64,000 nt of DNA from Eledone cirrhosa (lineage: Eukaryota), in assembly GCA_964016885.1 (NCBI GenBank), contig OZ024741.1:273172001-273236000 (forward strand), read 5' to 3'. Both the position numbers and the translations under genes were made by a program. The notes below the pieces were generated by a model. It did no database searches. It had not been told where the DNA came from and saw only the letters and a program-made list of their open reading frames with translations. Below are positions 50,422 through 64,000 of the stretch, one piece after another; within the stretch, counting starts at the first letter, position 1; each line of letters starts with the position of its first letter.

Positions 50422-50875
50422 ATATATGTATATAGGAAATTAACAAAGAGAGGACAATGTACGACACCAAAGCAAAATGAAAACAGGTTTTTTGGAGACG
50501 AAACCTTATAATTTTTTTTTAATAAGAAAAACGAAAGACACAGAACTCTAAGGTCTTCAGCCATCGAGATGGACTTCTGCCAGTTTTGACCCCCTACTGA
50601 CGATATTGCTGATTCATCTGAGGTCAGAGCGTATGACGTAGAGTAAAAGACAAGACAAACAATAACTTATAGCACTTGGACCATAACAGGTATTGCGCTT
50701 TTTATAGCAACGATAGTCTCGTGAACAAAAAGGAGGTAAAGAAAGAAAAAAGAAAAGAAAAGTAAAAGGTAAGAAGAAGAAAGTAAGATATCGTGTTAAA
50801 TGTATTCCATAGAAATTGTTGGTATTGGGGGTGGGGGAAATTTAGGGCGGCGGCTCTCCTCCGCCGCCATCTCTC

Positions 50876-50941
<66 letters not shown>

Positions 50942-50974
50942 CCTCTCTCTCTCCCTCTCTGTATATATATATAT

Positions 50975-51312
50975 ACTAGACCTGAAAAATGTGCAAGTTC
51001 AAAAGAGACTCATAACGAACTCAAGATGACACGATAATTATTTAAGCTAATGTTCAATATCTCATATTAGATGTTTAGTAATGATTAATACGAAATGCAC
51101 TTAAACCGAATCCTATATTATAAATTCACTTAAATAATTATTGTGTCGTCTTGAGTTCGTTATGAGTCTCTTTTTTATAAAAGGATGCCACAGAATGTAC
51201 GATAGATAATGATTACAATATTTTTGAGCAACAACTCTAGTCCCACACTTTTGAAGGTTTATTATAACATTCTGTGGCTCTTTTGAGCTTGCGCATTTTT
51301 CAGGTTTAGTTT
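50975..51312. repeat. Foldback structure with nested inverted repeats, adjacent to (TA)n
   Basis: ACTAGACCTGAAAAATGTGCAAGTTCAAAAGAG / CTCTTTTGAGCTTGCGCATTTTTCAGGTTTAGT and GAGACTCATAACGAACTCAAGA / TCTTGAGTTCGTTATGAGTCTC. Confidence 0.75.
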
Positions 51313-52169
51313 AATATTTTTTTAAGGCAACGCTTGTAATAACTCTAGTTAAACATGATATATATTAATAATAAATTATCGTTTTAATGTAATTAGATTA
51401 TAAAATTTTATTTTATAAATGATCTTATAAATATTATTGTAAGATGTATAAAAATATTTTCAGACTTTTAATATAAACAACTACAAAAAACAATCAATAT
51501 TAAATAAATATATTTTACATAAAAATTGTTGTAGTTGAATAAATAAAAATTAAATATTACATACAAATAGTCTAACATAATAATAAAAAAATAATCTAAC
51601 ATAATAATAATAAAATAATCTAACATAAAACGAACAATAATATGGACAAATATACAAGTAAATATGATACAACCAATATTATAAACATGTTATAACGAAC
51701 TGAAAAAAAAATAGTTAATATAAATTAAAAAAATCATATATAAATTAACAATATAACTTACCAAAACGAGAAAAGTATTTTCATGATAAAACGACGAAAT
51801 ACAGGAGGAAGATTCAAAAGCGAAACGATAAATAAACGTGCAAACAAAGTGGCAGATGCTTTTGAGCAACAATTACTCTCATTAGTTGATTAGCCAATAA
51901 GACGACGAAATTAGCCAATAAGACGATACATTACAAAAGATGTTTGGCAGCGAAACCCCTTGAATTTTTTATTCACAAGCTACGCATATATGTCAGACAT
52001 GCAGACTTAAAACATTCTGTTGTTAGTCACTGCGTGTCTAACATATATATATATATATATAAGTTAAAATAATGAAATAAAAATTCAACTCATTAGAAAT
52101 ATACTTCACTGTTTTACGATCGTTTCTAGGTGATGATAATGACTTGAATTTTTATTTCATTATTTTAAC

Positions 52170-52356
52170 GGTGGATTGGCAGTATCGGTAGAGAGTCGGA
52201 CACCATGCTTTGAAGCATAGAGTTACGTCCCTTTACGGCCTGAGTTCAAATCCCGCCGAGGTTAACTTTGCCTTTCATCCTTACGGGGTCGATAAAATAA
52301 AGTACCAGTAATGTACTGGGTAATTGCTGGTCTTGTGCCTAAAGTAGAAACAATTA
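52170..52356 (+). mobile_element. tRNA-derived SINE (family A) with target-site duplication ATTATTTTAAC
   Basis: The duplication flanks both ends; A-box-like and B-box motifs present. Confidence 0.9.
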
Positions 52357-52468
52357 TTTTAACTTATATTCATGACTCTGTTTTCCTTTTAATGTTTTAT
52401 CATTTTCAACATATGGATTACATTGAGTTCTTCATGCAGACTAGACCCCACAACTTACCGTGGATATC

Positions 52469-52561
<93 letters not shown>

Positions 52562-53236
52562 AGAAGAGATATGGCTTCTACAGAACTAGAACTGTTTCAT
52601 TCAAAAGAAATCTGATGATTTCTTTTGAATGAAACTCAGTGCCGCAAAGAAGGAAGAAAAGGAGGAAAGACTGACCAATTGTTCACATACACACATACAT
52701 ACATATACACATACACACGCGCGCGCATTCACACATACATACACATCTTTCTATTTATATAGTCTTGCCACAAACTTCAAATGTCCAGCATGGCAACCGG
52801 TCTGGTCACTTGTTTAGGCATCAGCCACACATACACTTCCGCCCATAATCCCATTTCTTTGTTTGAGTTTATGTCCTGTTACTTAGCGGTTCGACAACAG
52901 AGAGATCGATAAAATATGTACCAGACTTGAAAAAAATAGCAACAACAAATATTGGGATTGACTAAAAATCTCTTTTAGTCAGGACCATCGCTTCGATTAA
53001 GCCCAACTAGACAGCCACCAAGTTCACAGACACCAGAAAAGCACTTTGCATGCATGCCTGGTTCCGTAACTCATAAAGGAATCTTGGGGTTGCTGTACTG
53101 GTATACAACGTTTATAGGGCATTTTAAAACCTGATGGAGTTCATCAGCTCTCCTTGTCTGAACACAGCAGATTTCTTACAGAGACGGATAGAGAGTGAAG
53201 GAGAGGAAATATGAAAGAGATATAGAGGAATAATCG

Positions 53237-53385
53237 ACCCAGTACTAAACTGGTACTTTTTTTTATCGACCTTGAAGGGATAAAAGGTGAAGTTGACCGC
53301 GGCGAGATTTGAACGAAGAGAGCAGAGAGTCGGATATCGCAAAGCATTCTATCAGACGTTCTAACGACTCTACCAATTCGGCGAA
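53237..53385 (-). mobile_element. Diverged SINE related to family A (similar remnant at 55080-55240)
   Basis: Minus strand GTTCAAATCTCGCC..GGTCAACTT..CCTTTTATCCCTT..GGTCGATAAAA..AGTACCAGT. Confidence 0.7.
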
Positions 53386-55280
53386 TGGAAGGCGCATTTC
53401 AATTTTTTTGGGGGGTCCCTCGTACACACACATACACAGACACAGACACACACAGATACACAGACACACTGACACACACACACAAATAGAATACGCGCTC
53501 AATTTACTGAGTCACCTCCAGAATGGTATGAGATGTACGTCGCTGAACTGCATCTCATCTAATTTGACTTTTTCCTTAATTAGTTGTGCTAGAACTCTTT
53601 CTATCCTTTCATAACATGGTTCATTAATTTTATGCCCAAATAAAATACACCCCCCTCCCCCTCACCAATTGTACATATCAAAGTTAGTTTGGCGTAAGTC
53701 AATGGAATTGAAATGTTATACATACAGGTCTTAAATTCAAAAATTCTAACCATCCTAAAACTAAAGTGCCCAGTTGAGGCCACAAATGAATTGATACGGT
53801 CGTCGCTGGCGGAGCCCTCCACTGCAGGTAGCCCGAGGCAATTGCTCCCTTTGTCCCCGCCCATTAAATCCGGCCCTGTCTGTCACAGGGTTTGGTAAGA
53901 GTGAGTAGGGGCTGTGTAGTGGAAAATGCATAGTAATTTTCTTAGTGTTGTTAGAAGATGAAGTGTTAAAAACTACGTTGGTGAGCTTACCAAACTGTAA
54001 ACTGAAATTATTTAATTTGGGAAAAGTTGTAGAAGCTTAGGCCTTAGAGTGCTGAATACCCAAGTGCCAGCTTTTACCTCAGCATGACCATGGCTCTTCC
54101 AGCGCATCTTCCTTACTATCGTCCGGGCAAACGCCTTCTCCATTCTGTCCGCCGGGGCTGTGAGGCGGCCAGCACGTGGGACCCCATTTTCTCACCATAC
54201 AAAGAGATGGGGAGGGCAAGAGAGATGGGGTCGATGACGGTGGGATTTCGGCTCTTCCGTGTTCGGACACATTGCATGTCATGTGGATCATGTGATAATT
54301 TCCTTTTTGCATGTTTCATGCATAGTGTCACTAAGTTCCGTTAGATGTATCAATTTACATCTAATGATTCGTTTTGCCTGTTCATTTAAATGTTTTTGGG
54401 AAAAGTCTAATTCTGGGTGTTTGGGGGTCTAATGAATGAAATCAGTAAAAGAGTATGTTACTAAGAAACGGACTGTTTCTATCAACAGGAAATCCGAACT
54501 AATCTCCAGTTGTCTTCAATACTGGCAGGTACGTTAATTGTTAGCGACAGCAACAGTTGACTGATAAAATGACAAGTCAGTCAATCATATTGGTAGCCTC
54601 CCCCACAGCCCCGGCGGACAGAATAGAGAAGGCGTTTCCCCGGAGGAGTGCAAGGGAGACGCGCTGCAAAAGCCATTCCAACTTGCGAGACTCACACCTG
54701 CGGCTGGCCAGCTCAGCGCCTATGGTGGTGAGTAGGGAGGTAGCCCTAGGGCCGAGGATACCACTGCCAAGGGTACGACCTCAAACCTGTCGAAGAGCGA
54801 CCGGTATTTGGAGAGTTTGGCCTCCTCAGCCGACGTGCAGCAGAACCTGGGTTAGTCGCAGACTGCACCAGGTTGCGGCTGGAGAAAGTATGTTACTTAT
54901 GGACTTGAAACTCCCGCTAGAGTCGTAGGGGAGCCGCCGTGGTAACGACATACGACATTTCTCAGTTAATTTAAACCTGGCAGAGCCCATCTCCTCTCCA
55001 TGTTTGAACACAGCCAATTTCTTTCAGAAAAGGATAACGAGCGAGAGGGAGGAAGCGAGAAAGCGACATAGAGGAAGAATCGAACCCCAGTACTAGATTG
55101 GTTCTTTCTTTATCTACTTCGAAAGGATGAAAAGCAACGTTGATCTCGTGATTTCGGTGGGATTTGAACTCTGAGAGTGCAGAGAGAAGGTGCGAATACC
55201 TTAAAGCTCTTGGTCCGACGATCTAACCACTCTACCAGTTGGACATTTTTCAACAAAAGAGTAAATAAAAAAAATAATTG

Positions 55281-55315
<35 letters not shown>

Positions 55316-55519
55316 AAGATGTGAAACATTCAGCCACTTTATGTCGGTCACTAGAGGGCAGCAGTAGCATTTCCTACTGCACTCATACTTTCCTTTTCAA
55401 GTGGCACTTGACAAAGTAGAGTGGAGGACTTGGTCGTATGTAGAGGAAAATATTTATGACAAATGTTGGACACCAGCGTAAGACTGATCAATGACAGCTG
55501 ATGAAATGTCAGGGTTGTT

Positions 55520-56420
55520 ACTGATGGTGGGGTGGTTGGTGTTGGTGGTGGGGTGGTTGGTGTTGGTGGTGGGGTGGTTGGTGTTGATGGTGGGGTGGTT
55601 GGTGTTGGTAGTGGTGGGGTGGTTGGTGTTGATGGTGGGGTGGTTGGTTTTGGTGGTGGGGTGGTTGGTGTTGATGGTACTGATGGGGTTGTTGGTGGTG
55701 TTGGTGGCGGTTGGTGTTACTGATGGTGGTGTGGTTGGTGGTAGTGGTGGTGGTGTTGGTGTTGGTGGTGTTGGTGGTAGTGTGGTTGGTGTTGATGGTG
55801 GGGTTGTTGGTGGTGTTGGTGTTGGTGGCGGTTGATGTTACTGATGGTGGTGTGGTTGGTGGTAGGGGTGGTGGTGTTGGTGTTGGTGGTGTTGGTGTTG
55901 GTGGTGTTGGCGGTGGTGGTGTTGTTACTGCTGGTGGGGTTGATGTTGGTGGTGTTGGTGGTGTTGGTGTTGTTGTTGATGGTGTTGTTACTGCTGATGT
56001 TGGTGCTGATGGTGTTGGTGTTGGTGTAGGAGATGATGTTGGTGATGATGGTGGTGTTGGTGTTGGTGTAGGAGATAATGTTGGTGATGATGGTGGTAGT
56101 GGTTATGGTGATGGTGGTAGTGGTGATGGTGGTGTTGGTGGTGATCGTGGTAGTGGTGATGATGGTGGTAGTGCTGATGGTGATGGTGGTAGTGGGGATG
56201 GTGATGGTGATAGTTGTGATGATGTTGTTGGTGGTGATGTGGTAGCGGTAGTGGTGATGATGGTGTTGGTGGTGATGTGGTGGTGGTGATGGTATTGGTG
56301 CTGGTGATGACGGTGTTGGTGTTAGTGATGATGGTGTTGTTGGTGTTGTTACTGCTGATGGTGTTGGTGATGTTGTTGCTACAGCTACTACTGCTGCTGC
56401 TGCTGCTACTACTACTGCTG
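55520..56420. repeat. Degenerate (GGT)/(GAT)/(GTT) trinucleotide low-complexity tract
   Basis: Direct inspection. Confidence 0.92.
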
Positions 56421-56513
56421 TTGATTCTCTTGTGTTTACTTAGCAACCGTTGTTAGGAAATTGATATACTGAAACGGATACAGGTGAGATGTGGCTGTTG
56501 ATTAGCTCCAGGT

Positions 56514-56551
<38 letters not shown>

Positions 56552-56810
56552 CACAAATATATATATATGTACATGGTGGCTGCCAACTCGTTTTCGAGTA
56601 CGGCCACTACTTTATATCCATGTAGGAGAACCCCTACCGATGCGCTGAACGAGTGTGACTTTTTAGTCCAGTCAGCGACTTGAAAACTCTGGTACAAACA
56701 CTACACTTGTGACAATTATTGACACATAGTGCTGGGCCCATGGTACCATGTGACATACATATATACATACACACATGTATATATATATATATATATATAT
56801 CTTCTACTTA

Positions 56811-58095
56811 TTCCTGAGAGGGTTGTAGGCACAGAGACCTCAAACACTCCTTCCAGCAGGTCCTGTCAGAAGCAACCTTCTCCAACAGATCCGGTGGGAT
56901 TCCCAAGCATGTCTAGCCAAGATCATGGATGTTATCGAGCCATCTTGCTCGGGGTCTACCCCTGGGTCTCCTGTCGGTTCGATTTGGCAGTAAAATCTGT
57001 CCAGTGATTCTTTCCTACGTCGTTCGAGCCACATGCCCATGGTATCGGAGCTGTGATCTCTCAATTCAGAGAAGTAGCGGCTCTACCACGAGCTGTGATC
57101 CCTTAATTCGGAGAAGTGGCGGCTCTACCACGAGCTGTGATCCTTTAATTCGGAAAAGTAGCGGCTCAACCACGAGCTGTGATCCCTTAATTCGGAGAAA
57201 TAGCGGCTCTACCACGAACTGTGATCCATTAATTCGGAGAAGTAGCGGCTCTACCACGAGCTATGATCCCTTAAATCGCAGAAGTAGCGGTTCTACCACG
57301 AGCTGTGATTCCTTAATTCAGAGAAGTAGCGGCTCTACCACGATCTGTGATCCCTTAATTCAGAGAAGTGGCGGCTCTACCACGAGCTGTGATCCTTTAA
57401 TTCGGAAAAGTAGCGGCTCTACCACGAGCCGTGATCCCTTAATTCGGAAAAGTAGCGGCTCTACCACGAGCTGTGATCCATTAATTCGGAGAAGTACCGG
57501 CTCTACCACGAGCTATGATCCCTTAATTCAGAGAAGTAGCGGCTCTACCACGAGCTATGATCCCTTAAATCGCAGAAGTAGCGGTTCTACCACGAGCTGT
57601 GATCCCTTAATTCGGAGAAGTAGCGGCTCTACCACGAGCTGTGATCCCTTAATTTGGAGAAGTAGCGGCTCTACCACGATCTGTGATCCCTTAATTCAGA
57701 GAAGTGGCGGCTCTACCACGATCTGTGATCCCTTAATTCAGAGAAGTGGCGGCTCTACCACGAGCTGTGATCCTTTAATTCGGAAAAGTAGCGGCTCTAC
57801 CACGAGCCGTGATCCCTTAATTCGGAGAAGTAGCGGCTCTACCACGAGCTGTGATCCCTTAATTCGGAGAAGTAGCGGCTCTACCACGAACTGTGATCCC
57901 TTAATTCAGAGAAGTAGCAGCTCTACCACGAACTGTGATCCCTTAATTCAGAGAAGTAGCGGCTCTACAACGAGCTGTGATCCCTTAATTCGGAGAAGCG
58001 GCCCTACTTGGAGCGACTCTCTGATTTCCGAGCTACACACTCTATCGAGTAACATTACTCAAAATCCCCCCAGAGGAACCGCATTTCAGCTGCTG
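56811..58095 (-). mobile_element. RTE-type LINE 3' fragment containing an internal 42-bp minisatellite expansion
   Basis: The minus strand encodes the VEPLLLRI..SQL motif followed by GHV and RPRGRPR RTE-like motifs. Confidence 0.7.
57047..57998. repeat. 42-bp minisatellite, about 22-23 copies (GAGCTGTGATCCCTTAATTCGGAGAAGTAGCGGCTCTACCAC)
   Basis: Direct inspection. Confidence 0.95.
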
Positions 58096-58494
58096 GACAC
58101 ACAATCATTTTTTTTTTTTTTTTTTTTGTACATGTTTTTAGCAAAATACTTGAAATCTTGAATTTAGTTCGCTGTCCCCTCGTGTTACCTTTGTCGACCC
58201 CCCCCCCGCCCCCACACGTCCGGGCTGGGAAAACCTGGTATAGCCTGGCCTGGGGCTAAATAATGAAAAGAAAAACAAAAGACACCTGTTACCTGTGCAT
58301 CTACATCGTTGTTGAATAATTAAGCAAAGATCGATAAATTAATGACAGATTTGTCGGAGGGGGAGTGGGCAGTCTCCTTGTTGCTAGGCTACCAAACAAC
58401 GCTTGATCTCTGACTGTCTGACTGGCTGTATCTCTCACTCTTCCTCTTGTTCTCCGTATAGCCCCCCCCCCCCACACACACACATTTATGTAAG

Positions 58495-58590
<96 letters not shown>

Positions 58591-58661
58591 GATCTCTCTC
58601 TCTCTCTCTTTTCTTTCTTTCACTCACTCTACTCTTTCTACTCTCTCCCTCACTCTGTATA

Positions 58662-58742
<81 letters not shown>

Positions 58743-58812
58743 GAAAGTATTGAAATTATTGTAGCAAGAAGCCAACAGTATTTCATAATATATAAGTGAC
58801 TATAACGTCAAA

Positions 58813-59521
58813 ATGGAAAAATAGTTAACGTAAGATGTGGGAAAATAATTAACGTAAGATATGGGAAAATAATTAACGTAATATATGGGAAAATAATTAA
58901 TGTAAGATATGGGAAAATAATTAATGTAAGATATGGGAAAATAATTAATGTAAGATATGGGAAAATAATTAATGTAAGATATGGGAAAATAATTAATGTA
59001 AGATATGGGAAAATAATTAACGTAAGATATGGGAAAATAATTAACGTAAGATGTGGGAAAATAATTAACGTAAGATATGGAAAAATAATTAACGTAAGAT
59101 GTGGGAAAATAATTAACGTAAGATGTGGGAAAATAATTAACGTAAGATGTGGGAAAATAATTAACGTAAGATATGGGAAAATAATTAATGTAAGATATGG
59201 GAAAATAATTAATGTAAGATATGGGAAAATAATTAATGTAAGATATGGGAAAATAATTAACGTAAGATATGGGAAAATAATTAACGTAAGATGTGGGAAA
59301 ATAATTAACGTAAGATATGGGAAAATAATTAACGTAAGATATGGGAAAATAATTAACGTAAGATATGGGAAAATAATTAATGTAAGATATGGGAAAATAA
59401 TTAACGTAAGATATGGGAAAATAATTAATGTAAGATATGGGAAAATAATTAACGTAAGATATGGGAAAATAATTAATGTAAGATATGGGAAAATAATTAA
59501 CGTAAGATATGGGAAAATAAT
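58813..59521. repeat. 24-bp minisatellite (TGGGAAAATAATTAAYGTAAGATR), about 29 copies
   Basis: Direct inspection. Confidence 0.96.
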
Positions 59522-59879
59522 TCAAACTCAATTAAAAAACAAAAAAAAAATCAAGACAGAGATTTTATCCACAGATTTTGTGAAATTCAGGAAAAAAACC
59601 AATATATACCTATCTATCTATCCTTGTTGTAAGGAGGATAGACAGAGAGTGAGAGATATAAGAGAAAAAGAGAGAGAAAAGAGAGAAGGGAAGGGGGAAC
59701 GAGAGGGAGGGGAGAAAAAGGGAAAGAAAGGGCGAGAGAGATAAGACAGAAGGGGGAGATAAGAGAAAGAGAGAGAAAGATAAGAGGGAGAAGAGAGAGA
59801 GAGAGAAGAGGGAGAGATAGTTAGGTGGGATTTGAAGATTTGTCAGGTATTTCTAACATGTCTAACTTGAGGTCCAGAG

Positions 59880-60552
59880 TTGGTGGCACGGTGGGGGAGG
59901 GTGGCACGGTGGTGTGAGGGTGGTGTGAGGGTGGCACGGTGGTGTGATGGTGGCACGGTGGGGGAGGGTGGCATGGTGGTGTGAGGGTGGTGTGAGGGTG
60001 GCACGGTGGTGTGATGGTGGCACGGTGGGGGAGGGTGGCATGGTGGTGTGATGGTGGCACGGTGGGGGAGGGTGACACGGTGGTGGAGGGTGGCACAGTT
60101 GTGTGAGGGTGGCACGGTGGGGGAGTGTGGCACAGTTGTGTGAGGGTGGTGTGATGGTGGCACGTTGGGGGAGTGTGACACGGTGGTGTGATGGTGGCAC
60201 GGTGGGGAGTGTGGAACGGTGGGGGAGGGTGACACGGTGGGGAGTTTGACTAGGTGGGAGGAGGTCACGGTGGGGGAGGGTAATGTGAGGGTGGTGTGAG
60301 GGCGACACGGTGGTGTGAGGGTGACACGATGGTGTGAGGGTGACACGGTGGTGTGAGGGTGACACGGTAGGGGAGGTGACGCGGTGGTGTGAGGGTGACA
60401 CGGTGGTGTGAGGGTGACACGGTGGTGTGAGGGTGACACGGTGGGGGAATGTGGGACTGTAGAGGAGGGTGGCATTGTGGAGGAGGGTGGCACTGTGGTG
60501 TTAGGGTGACACGGTGGTGTGAGAGTGGCACGGTGGTGTGAAAGTGGCACTG
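59880..60552. repeat. G-rich ~18-19-bp minisatellite (GGTGRCACGGTGGTGTGAG / GGTGGGGGAG variants)
   Basis: Direct inspection. Confidence 0.9.
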
Positions 60553-60747
60553 TACTGGTGGTAGTGTGTAACACTTTTAGTTACTGTACCGGGTAACAGC
60601 AACCTTAGTAACGTCATTAAATCTAGTAACCATGTAGAGTTCTCCCCTCCCCATATATATGTAAAAGGTAAACAGAAATAACAACACAATCGGTATAGTA
60701 TATGGAAGGGGTATATTAGGTTAACGCTTGATATGGCAGGAAGAGGG

Positions 60748-60783
60748 TCTTAACGTTTCGGACGCTAGTCCTTCATCAGAAGA
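60748..60783 (-). ncRNA. Very small type I minimal hammerhead ribozyme (family G; near copy 48834-48869)
   Basis: Minus strand TCTT-CTGATGA-A-GGAC-TAGC-GTCC-GAA-ACGT-T^-AAGA. Confidence 0.78.
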
Positions 60784-61014
60784 AAGAACGAGAAATAAAA
60801 TAGATTGAGGGGACGGGCGGGATGGAATTGGAAAACATGTCTTTAGATAAAAATAACAGGTCCATTCATGTTGACATCTCTTGCAAAACTGTTGGTGCTG
60901 GTGTTTTGTATATGATTTGTTTTTTTAGAAAAGTGGATGATGGCGCGCGTCTACATGAAATGGAAAAAAATAACCGTTTTGTAAAAAGAGCTATACTTGT
61001 GCACGTGTGTGTGC

Positions 61015-61084
<70 letters not shown>

Positions 61085-61284
61085 ATATGTCCGTACGAAG
61101 CTAAGAAGAAATGTGTGTGTATATGTGAGTAAAGGAGTGTGTCTGCATGTAAGTATGAAGCTATGAGCAAAAGTATGTTAACATAAGGATGTGTATGTGT
61201 GTATACAGAGCTGTAAAGAGAAAAGTGTAGTGCGCATATATAGTCGGCATGTATTAGTTGTAAGAGAAGCTGCTATACACCACA

Positions 61285-62110
61285 CTGTAAGGTGTGATTT
61301 GGGGGAGATTTGGCTGCTATTTCTAACACGTCTAGCTACCATGTACAGACCTCTCTTATTTGCTCATACATACATATTTGAGGTAGATTTGGCTGCTATT
61401 TCTAACAGGTCTAGCTACCATGAGCACAACTCTTTCATTTGCTCATACATATATACATAACATAAGATAATGTGTGATTTGAGGTAGATTTGGCTGCTAT
61501 TTCTAACAGGTCTAGCTACTATGTACACACCGCTCTCTTTGATTCATACATATATACATACGCAACACTGTAAAATGTGGTTTGGGGGGAGATTTGGCTG
61601 CAATTTCTAACACGTCTAGCTACCATGTACACAGCTCTTTGGTTCATACATATATATACATACACAACAGTGTAAAATGTGATTTGAGGTAGATTTGGCT
61701 GCTATTTCTAACAGGTTTAGCTACCATGGACACAGCTCTTTCATTTGCTCATACATATGTATATACATACATAGTGAACGCGCATGGCTTAGTGGTTAGA
61801 GCATTGGGCTTGCAATCGAAAGGTTGTGAGTTCAATTCTCGGACCAATTTACTTAGCTCTAGAAATGAGATGATAGGATTGGGGTCCCTATCATTAAATT
61901 ACCCAAGACACCTCCAACGAGATATACCTTGTAGGAGGCCAGCTAAACCTGAATAGGTGTGGGCTGTCACACACACACACATACACATATGAAGATAAGG
62001 TGTGGTTTGAGGTAGATTTGGCTGATATTTCTAACAGGTCTAGCTATCATGAACACACCTCTCTCATACATATATACATACATATATACATATATACATA
62101 CATAAGATAA
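61285..62110. repeat. Degenerate ~80-105-bp tandem repeat (AGATTTGGCTGCTATTTCTAACAGGTCTAGCTACCATG) interrupted by a SINE head at ~61777-61845
   Basis: Six recognisable units; tRNA-like TGGCTTAGTGGTTAGAGC...GAGTTCAATTCTCGG insertion. Confidence 0.8.
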
Positions 62111-62850
62111 GGTGTTGTTTACCAGGTCAAGCGGAGAATCTTCCTGCTTTGTCTTGTTTTCTCTCAATAGCCATTCCACACATAGTTGTGGCAGAGTGAG
62201 TAGAGATATAGCGTGTATTGAGGTATGTCTATGATAGTGAGACTTGATAAAGGACAAACTGGTTTATTTGTTTGGAGGTGGCTGAGGGAAGTACTAGCTT
62301 TGGACTGCGGCCACGCTGGGGCATCACCTTCAAAGGCTTTTTAAGTCATGTTTTACACAGTAATTTTGAGTGAATTTATTTATATGCATTTTCGCTTATA
62401 TGTGTATTACACACACACAAACACACACACACACACACATACATACATATGATGATGGCTGCAACTCAGTTTCAAGTAATGCCACCACTTGATACTTAAG
62501 TATGAACATCACGGAAGTGGAGTTTTAATCATCCTAGGGACTGGCCTAGGGCCAGCAATGCCATGCGTCACAAAAAATGTCACATATCAAGCGATGCCTG
62601 GGCTTGAAGCTTTTTTTAAGTGAGGAAAGGCTTTGCACGGAGTCAATCCCACTCTCTGAACATCAAATGCATTTGCCCAAAAAGAAGAACTCATCTACAT
62701 CATTGGATACAAATGAAGTCGCAGGTTATATATCAGAGTGACCTTCTAGAGAGATGTCTTAATGAAGACTAGGAGTCTCTCACTCCACAATAAAATAAAA
62801 GAAAACTTTATTGGATGGCCGTTGACTCTCCTGAGTTCCTCCGCACTTTG

Positions 62851-62958
<108 letters not shown>

Positions 62959-63068
62959 GGTATATTTTAAGGAGTTGGGACCCGTCGGCTGAGCTCTTGC
63001 CGTTTCAACAGTTAGTTCCAGACTAGCAGTTGAACCGGCAAGAGCTAAGCTGTCGTGTCCCGACTCGT

Positions 63069-63178
<110 letters not shown>

Positions 63179-63256
63179 TATGTATGGGGGGGGGGTATAT
63201 GTAGGTATGTATACATGCAAAAAGTAAATAGAATCAACAAAGCAAACAATACAATA

Positions 63257-63420
63257 TAATTGTTTCTGCTTTTGGCACAAGGCCAGCAATTATCCCAGTG
63301 TATTACTGGTACTTTATTTCATCGACCCCGTAAGGATGAAAGGCAAAGTGAACCTCGGCGAGATTTGAACTCAGACTATAAAGAGGCGTAACTCTGTGCT
63401 GCAAAGCATGGCGTCCGACC
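63257..63420 (-). mobile_element. tRNA-derived SINE (family A); 3' fragments also at 22473-22537 and 63775-63843
   Basis: Same core and tail as the other copies. Confidence 0.85.
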
Positions 63421-63617
63421 TTATCCGTTTAACACTTGTTATAGTAAGAAAAGAGGCTTAACGTTGCGGACTCTAGTCCTTCATCCGAAGATAGAATGAG
63501 AAATAAAAGATGAAATAGAAAGATAAAGAGTGAGATGAGGAAGAAACGGAAAAATGTTTTTTTGGAGCACGTATGTCTGTCATTATATCAAACACACACA
63601 CACACACAAACAAACAA

Positions 63618-63659
<42 letters not shown>

Positions 63660-64000
63660 TTTATATATATATTCATTTTTATTAAGTCTAAATAGTGAGT
63701 CTTGTTACTCTGGAGTTTCGCTTGTTTTTGTCTGATGACCCTGTTATAAACAGGTGAAACTCCTCTGGGGAATTAACGATAAAATAAAGTACCAGTAAGG
63801 CACTGGGTTATTGCTGGCCTTGTGCCTAAAGTAGAAACAATTATTTAGCCTTAATAAAATGAATATTAAAACTCTACTACTTCGGTATTGAGTACACCTT
63901 TTTCTCATCCGCCAACCACATACGGATACACACATACCCACACATACATATTAATAGTTATGGGATTTTAACATCAAGTTACTGTTGGTTCACTAAAATA

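Noticed and set aside
55340-56480. Possible host terminal exon on the minus strand after a TTTCAG acceptor
   Set aside because: All three frames stop within about 11 codons and no partner exons can be supported without RNA-seq.
56929-58161. 410-aa Ser/Thr repeat ORF, and a CRISPR-like appearance of the repeat
   Set aside because: It is the antisense reading of a 42-bp minisatellite; the units are contiguous with no unique spacers and there are no cas genes.
58800-59531. 243-aa YFPISYVN repeat ORF
   Set aside because: A 24-bp minisatellite that lacks stops on one strand; no other gene evidence.
61777-61845. tRNA-like sequence
   Set aside because: A and B boxes are present but there is no complete acceptor stem; treated as a SINE head.

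Overview
This is a eukaryotic, repeat-saturated window with no confidently supportable host gene. The (TA)n density and the tRNA-derived SINE family suggest an invertebrate, plausibly a cephalopod such as Octopus; that assignment is inference. Large elements are a full-length Tx1/L1-type LINE with a truncated tandem neighbour, a Helitron with both termini, a CRE-clade RLE retrotransposon, several RTE fragments, Penelope-like (PLE) RT and GIY-YIG remnants, a solo LTR, a MITE and many SINEs. The striking content is a population of at least 12 short non-coding element families inserted in (TA)n tracts as tandem arrays or palindromes, most carrying hammerhead ribozyme (HHR) motifs (retrozyme/PLE pLTR-like). 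These include a perfect 310-bp tandem HHR array and U3-A8 core variants. Most notably, three divergent families (14.1, 24.9/25.5 and 39.7 kb) share a covarying, length-invariant, pseudoknotted hammerhead-like fold with a K-turn, whose strand order fits none of HHR types I, II or III. All ribozyme calls come from manual pairing, not from covariance searches or cleavage assays.
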